A DNA stretch of 63,183 bases, the filler included, from Licmophora abbreviata (lineage: Eukaryota): the NCBI GenBank assembly GCA_900291995.1. It is 4 parts of 4 records of this genome, joined end to end, with 100 filler letters (N's around TTAATTAATTAA, not from the genome) between each part and the next. Parts side by side here need not be neighbours in the genome. Positions count along the whole stretch, not along the records: positions 46,834 to 63,183 come from OLMU01003060.1; 3 more parts are not named here. One strand, given 5' to 3'. The translations under genes and the position numbers were made by a program. Under the pieces are notes generated by a model. That model was not told the DNA's origin and searched no databases. It saw nothing but the letters and a program-made list of their open reading frames with translations. Shown piece after piece: positions 58,254 to 63,183 of the stretch (positions within the stretch are counted from its first letter, which is position 1; each line of letters starts with the position of its first letter).

Positions 58254-61200
58254 ATGAAGCTTAATACAAGCGTGGTGCTCTTTTGGATCTTTCTATGTAC
58301 AGTGTTGGACCGTTCCGAACAGGCATGGGCCGTATTGCACGACGATGCCACCATCGTCAGCAGAAGTTCTCCGCAGTGCGATCGAACTGACAATTCTAGC
58401 CATCACCGATACGATCCTTTGGCTTGCTGGCTTTGGAGTCTCAAGGCGGCGATTCCAGATCAGAAATTTAAAAAGAGTGTCTTTACAATTGTAAGTGCGA
58501 CTTTTCTTAAAACATGTCGCCGTCTCGAAGAATCTCACACGATCAACTGGTACACAGAGCATTCACGACATGACATGCACCAATTTCACCATGGATGACA
58601 TTGGGTCTCAATATATTCCATCGGAGGCGACAGGAAGCAAAGACCCGAGCATTTCCGTTTCGATTCAAGGCTTGTCCGCTACTTGTGTTGGAAAGTACAA
58701 GTCGACGGGCATGTCGGGGACAGTAAGAGCGTCGGTTGTGTCCGTGGGGGGTGACGACAAGTGGATGCTTCCGGAAATCACGGACGACAATGCAAATAAT
58801 GTCGCACTCGGACTCAATGTGACCTTTGTGTCGATACTGTATCAGGATCGCATACGAATGGCCAAATCGGTGAATACCAGTGACTGCAAAGCTCAACTCG
58901 TTGTTCCAAAGCATGACGGTCTCAAGTTTTCGGGGAGCATGTCGGCCAAGTTCATCAACTTGTTCTCGTCTACCATCGCCAGCTATGTGTCATCGGCTTT
59001 ATCTTCCCAACTGTGTCCAGCATTACAGCCTATCTTGGAGAAGGACTTGACGAGTATTCTACAACAGGTAGATATGTACTTGATGGATAAGATACTTCCG
59101 AACCGAACAATGGAAAGTCATATGGTGGGAGCGGGTGTGGTGATGCATCAACGATGGTTGCCATCACACGTAGGTTTGGATGATTCGGAGTCGTACGTTG
59201 ACTGGAAGCGGGACACCCCGTTGTTACGTACTGCGCTGGAATTCACGAACCGTTTCTTGGATCGATATCTTCAACAAGGTTTCTTGGTGGATCTGCTTGG
59301 ACGATTTGGATTCGGTTCTAATCCCCTCGAGGATTGTGGCTGCTTCTTCCGCGGCGTGAATGGCCTCGTCAAGTCCCTGACGAGAGGGACGGGGAGCGTG
59401 CAGTTTGGCATTCCCAATGTGCTGTCACGACTCGGTAACATCTCGTTTGTGTTGCCCAAATATGCTGCAGTACGCGTCTTGACGCACAATATCAGTATTG
59501 ACGGGGTCGACAAGCTTTCGCGGCTCAATCTACTGCGTCCGGACAACATGGAGCAGGTCTTCAAGTCGATACTTCGATCCACGGATGGTTTCAATGTCAC
59601 CATCAACATGGAAGTACAGGTGCATTCTATCGAGGGCGGCATGTTTCAGGGTGATCCTCTTGTTGAGTCTTTCTATGTGGTACTGAATACGTCTGACGTT
59701 GTCCTCCATAGCGATGTATCCATCGACTACGATTCGAAGGGTTTCGCAAGCATTACCATGGGGGACGTGATATCGACGATTGACACAGCATTGAAGAACA
59801 TTACCATTGGGGTCCCGTGCCTGGTTTCACCCCTTCGTAGTGTACAATTTCCAACTCTTGCTGGCGGCTTGCATATTTCGGCAGCGTCCTTTTTTCCAGA
59901 TGGAACTGTCGAGGCGGGTCAACTCGAGAGCGATCTTGATCGCATGCTTAACACTTTCCTAATTCTCTTCTTGGGGGAGTACGAAACGCTTGTCGCTGAA
60001 TCTGTGGCCGGTCTGATAAAGGGACCGGGGAAGTACGCGCTCAACGCGTACTTGGGGGACACTATTCCAACGCTTGTACCGGCGCGCCAATCGGACGAAT
60101 GTCAGGAATGGGACGAGGAGAAATCGGATCTCTTCGATTTCAGCAAGCATCGATTATTTCACAAGATGAACGAGTTTTTAAGCAAACCTTCTACGGTTGG
60201 TGACATAAATGACTATGCCCGATGTGTTTCTGGCGTTTTCAATAGAGACATTGGTCTGAATGAACACTCGTTGCAAGTTGAGGGGCTTGATCTTCGGTTG
60301 CAGAGATTCACTCTTGAAAATCTGAGCACGCTTAGCGAGATCGGTGAGTGGATGTCTGATGGAAGCCAACGACTGCTGCGTTGGTTTCCTCACCTTACCG
60401 TTCTTTTCTTATTCAAAGAGATCTTATCTCCCGCCAACGACGGCGTTCACGTTCGAAACAGTGCATCGTTTGGTACTGGCGATCTCAATGCATCGTTATC
60501 AACCCAGAACGGTCCTACACTGTCCTTGTCGCTAGATGCTTCTGCAGAGTTGTTCAATTTTTCTGGTCAATTGAACTTGACTACTGCATTATCGAATGTC
60601 ATCTTCGACTCCATGACACTCGTGCGTTACAATATAAACCAGCTTCTGCCGGTCAAGTTGTCGAGTATACTTGCGAACGTCTTTTGTGCACTTTTTCCGG
60701 TCGACGCCCTGATCACGGACAGTCATGCTTGGGACATTGGTGATACCAGCACGAATCTGAGCTTACTACTATCCAGCTCAGTGTTCAACAATACTCATGT
60801 TTCAATGGACGAAGATACGCTCTCCATGTTCTCCAGTCTGGTGCGATCAGTATTGCTGTGGATGGGCTTGTCTATTACAGATTCAACAAACGCTTACTTT
60901 TCAAATCTCTTGCCGAGATCGGAATCAATGTGCTATGGGACCGCTCCCGAACGTGAGGTAGAAGAGACTGTAGATGAAAGCTGGCACCTTGCTACTCTGG
61001 GAATTATTGGATCCTTAGTGGTCGTGGCGCACGTCGTGTTTCTGTTTCTCCGTCTGAATTCCAGTGCCCATACGTGAGTTTGCGTTTCTTCGTGCAGAGA
61101 CCCTTCTTGGCCCACTTTTCCAGCACGCGATAACACGTGAGTGACTTCCTTTCTGTCTCTTACAGCGCCGAGTTTGGAGAAGAATTGACAAGTCCTTTGC

Positions 61201-62750
61201 TGGAGGCTTCCCAACTTACGCCCGACTCTCATGCTAAGGATACGCCCCAGTCTGAAGAAATCCGAGCTGCACGGGCAACATCGCTAATGCACAACACCCG
61301 TGTTCCAAGGAGAGCCCGCCACGCGTTTCCTATCATGGTTATCTCTACCATGGCTCTGTTGGCTTCCAGCAATGTGAGCACTGGTGCATCCGTTGATGTG
61401 ATTTTGACGTTCAACGATTACCCCGCGGTGGAATTCCCTTCTGTCTTCGCTTTCAGCCTGGGCAACACGATCCGCGAAATGTACTCGGCCGGAGTCTATC
61501 CATTGCTTGCTCTCGTTGTCGTATTTAGCGGCATCTGGCCTTACATGAAACTGCTTCTCATGATGTTTGCATGGCTGGCCCAAGCGTCAGAGATGAGCTA
61601 CCATAAACGAGGCCGCCTGCTTTTCTTTCTAGACGCGCTAAGCAAGTTTTCACTTGTTGACACATTTGTATTGGTCCTGATGATGGTTTCTTTCCGGTTT
61701 CACTTGGGACTTCAGGACATGCCGGTGTTGGATGTATATGTCGACCCCGGTTTTGGGTTTTATGGCTTCCTCCTCGCAACGACACTGTCGCTTCTCGGGG
61801 GCCATGTTGCGCTATTTTTCCACCGCCGTGCGCGGATGACGTCGGGGTCTTCTATCACAACTGCTGAGCCATTGTTTCGACACGAGTTCGAGGATGTTAC
61901 GACAAATTCTCGGTGGCGTATGTCATCAAGGCTCCAACCAATCTTCATCTTTCTGCTGGGCCTTACATTCGCTTTCATAACGATTGGTGCCACCAAGAAC
62001 AGTTTTGTGTTTGAGTTCGACGGGCTAGCTGGCGAACTGATCGGCGTCCAGCGACACCGGGTTTACTCTCTTGTGACGTTGGGATCGTCTCTTCCGCAAA
62101 GCGTGCAGGATTCGTCCAATAGCGGGATTTTTCTCCTGCAGGGTGCTTACTTCTTCTATGCGCTCGTCATGCCACTAGCCTGCTTGGTGTCACTGGCGGT
62201 GGTATTCTTCCTGCCCCTGACACCCCAAGCGCAAGAATGGGCTCTGGCGGTCGCCGAAGTCTTCAATGCATGGAGTGCTATTGAGGTCTTCCTGCTTTCC
62301 ATTCTCGCATCCTTGTTTCAGATCTCTAATTTTGCTCGCTTTATGATTGGAGACAGGTGCGACTGGATAAATTCGGTATTACAGAACAGTTTCAACGACG
62401 CTCTACAGGGTGACGATACATGCTATATGGTCAAATCATCGGTTGAGTCGAATGTCTGGTACTTGGCACTGGGTGTTGTCTTGTATTCAGTGATCGTGTC
62501 GACACTTCTCCGATTCGCCCATTGCGCCATGGAAGAACGGCATTTGCGAGACGCTACCTGCAAGAAGTCGAACCAAGGTGATCTGCTGGCACATCACGAC
62601 GACCAGGATTTGACATTTGTACACATGCTATTGCAATCGGGTCTTGTTCGGCTGCTTTTCTTTGTGAATTGTGACGGCGAGCAACACCCACTTTCACCGT
62701 GTGACAGCCAGTTCTGGGTAGAGTGGCGAAGAGTCTGCTCCTTTACATAG
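58254..62750 (+). CDS. Large membrane protein: signal peptide, beta-rich ectodomain and two PqiA-like multi-TM repeats (introns ~58491-58557, ~60344-60418, ~61074-61165)
   Basis: FSLGNTIREMY..GVYPLLALVVVFSGIWPYMKL...LDALSKFSLVDTFVLVLM and second repeat AEVFNAWSAIEVFLLSILASL resemble PqiA motifs (KWSMxDVF). Confidence 0.72.
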
Positions 62751-63183
62751 ACAGCAACCACTTGCTTCTCCAGGGCCATCGGGCTTACAAAACAGTGGTG
62801 CCGAAACAAAGATTGACCATTCGACGATCAGTTTACACAGTTATGTTTACTGCAACTAGAGTCGCATCTTTCTCACGTCTTCTAATCTACTGAAGCCGGT
62901 ACTCAACGTGGTTCAATACCGGTACCTGGTGCCGTGACCGACCATACAGTTCATAACAGGGCAGTACCGGTATGTATCATACCTGGTACATATCACCTGG
63001 TAGGTATGCCGTACTGAGGGTTCTGATAGATATCGTTATATAGACATTCATGTATGATTTGCAATAATTCAAGCATAGGTCTAAACGTGGAATTGGAAAT
63101 CAGTATACAATGGTGAAGTGCTGGGCGCCGGCAATGTACACACCCACGTGGAGTTGTGCACCTCAATTAAAAATTTACTTCAT

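Overview
Eukaryotic nuclear DNA, most likely a diatom or close ochrophyte. This is inferred from bipartite signal+transit peptides with ASAF-type cleavage sites, short GT-AG introns (~70-140 nt), dense gene packing and diatom-type LRR and VWD genes. The window is four contigs joined by 100-nt artificial spacers (N-runs around TTAATTAATTAA), so adjacency across spacers is unreliable. About 31 protein-coding genes are supported, including ispF, a bZIP factor, three arrestin-fold paralogues, a VWD protein, a SNAP-25-type SNARE, EFL1, an SPX-EXS transporter, COG4, TIM23, an RlmN-family enzyme, an LRR receptor-like protein, AlaX, SWR1 and UTP6. The most notable items are fusion architectures: an intronless Zn-macrodomain/class M sirtuin (Mfs1-like ADP-ribosylation writer-eraser), SWR1 apparently continuing into WW + F-box + beta-helix domains, a JmjC + degenerate SET protein, a PHD + Mpv17/PMP22-like chimera, arrestins with a DUF4476-like tail, and a large PqiA-domain membrane protein. 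Five single-base frame breaks in conserved genes sit in short homopolymers and are most likely assembly errors. No RNA genes, CRISPR arrays or mobile elements could be supported. All family calls are from motif recognition by eye; no searches were run.
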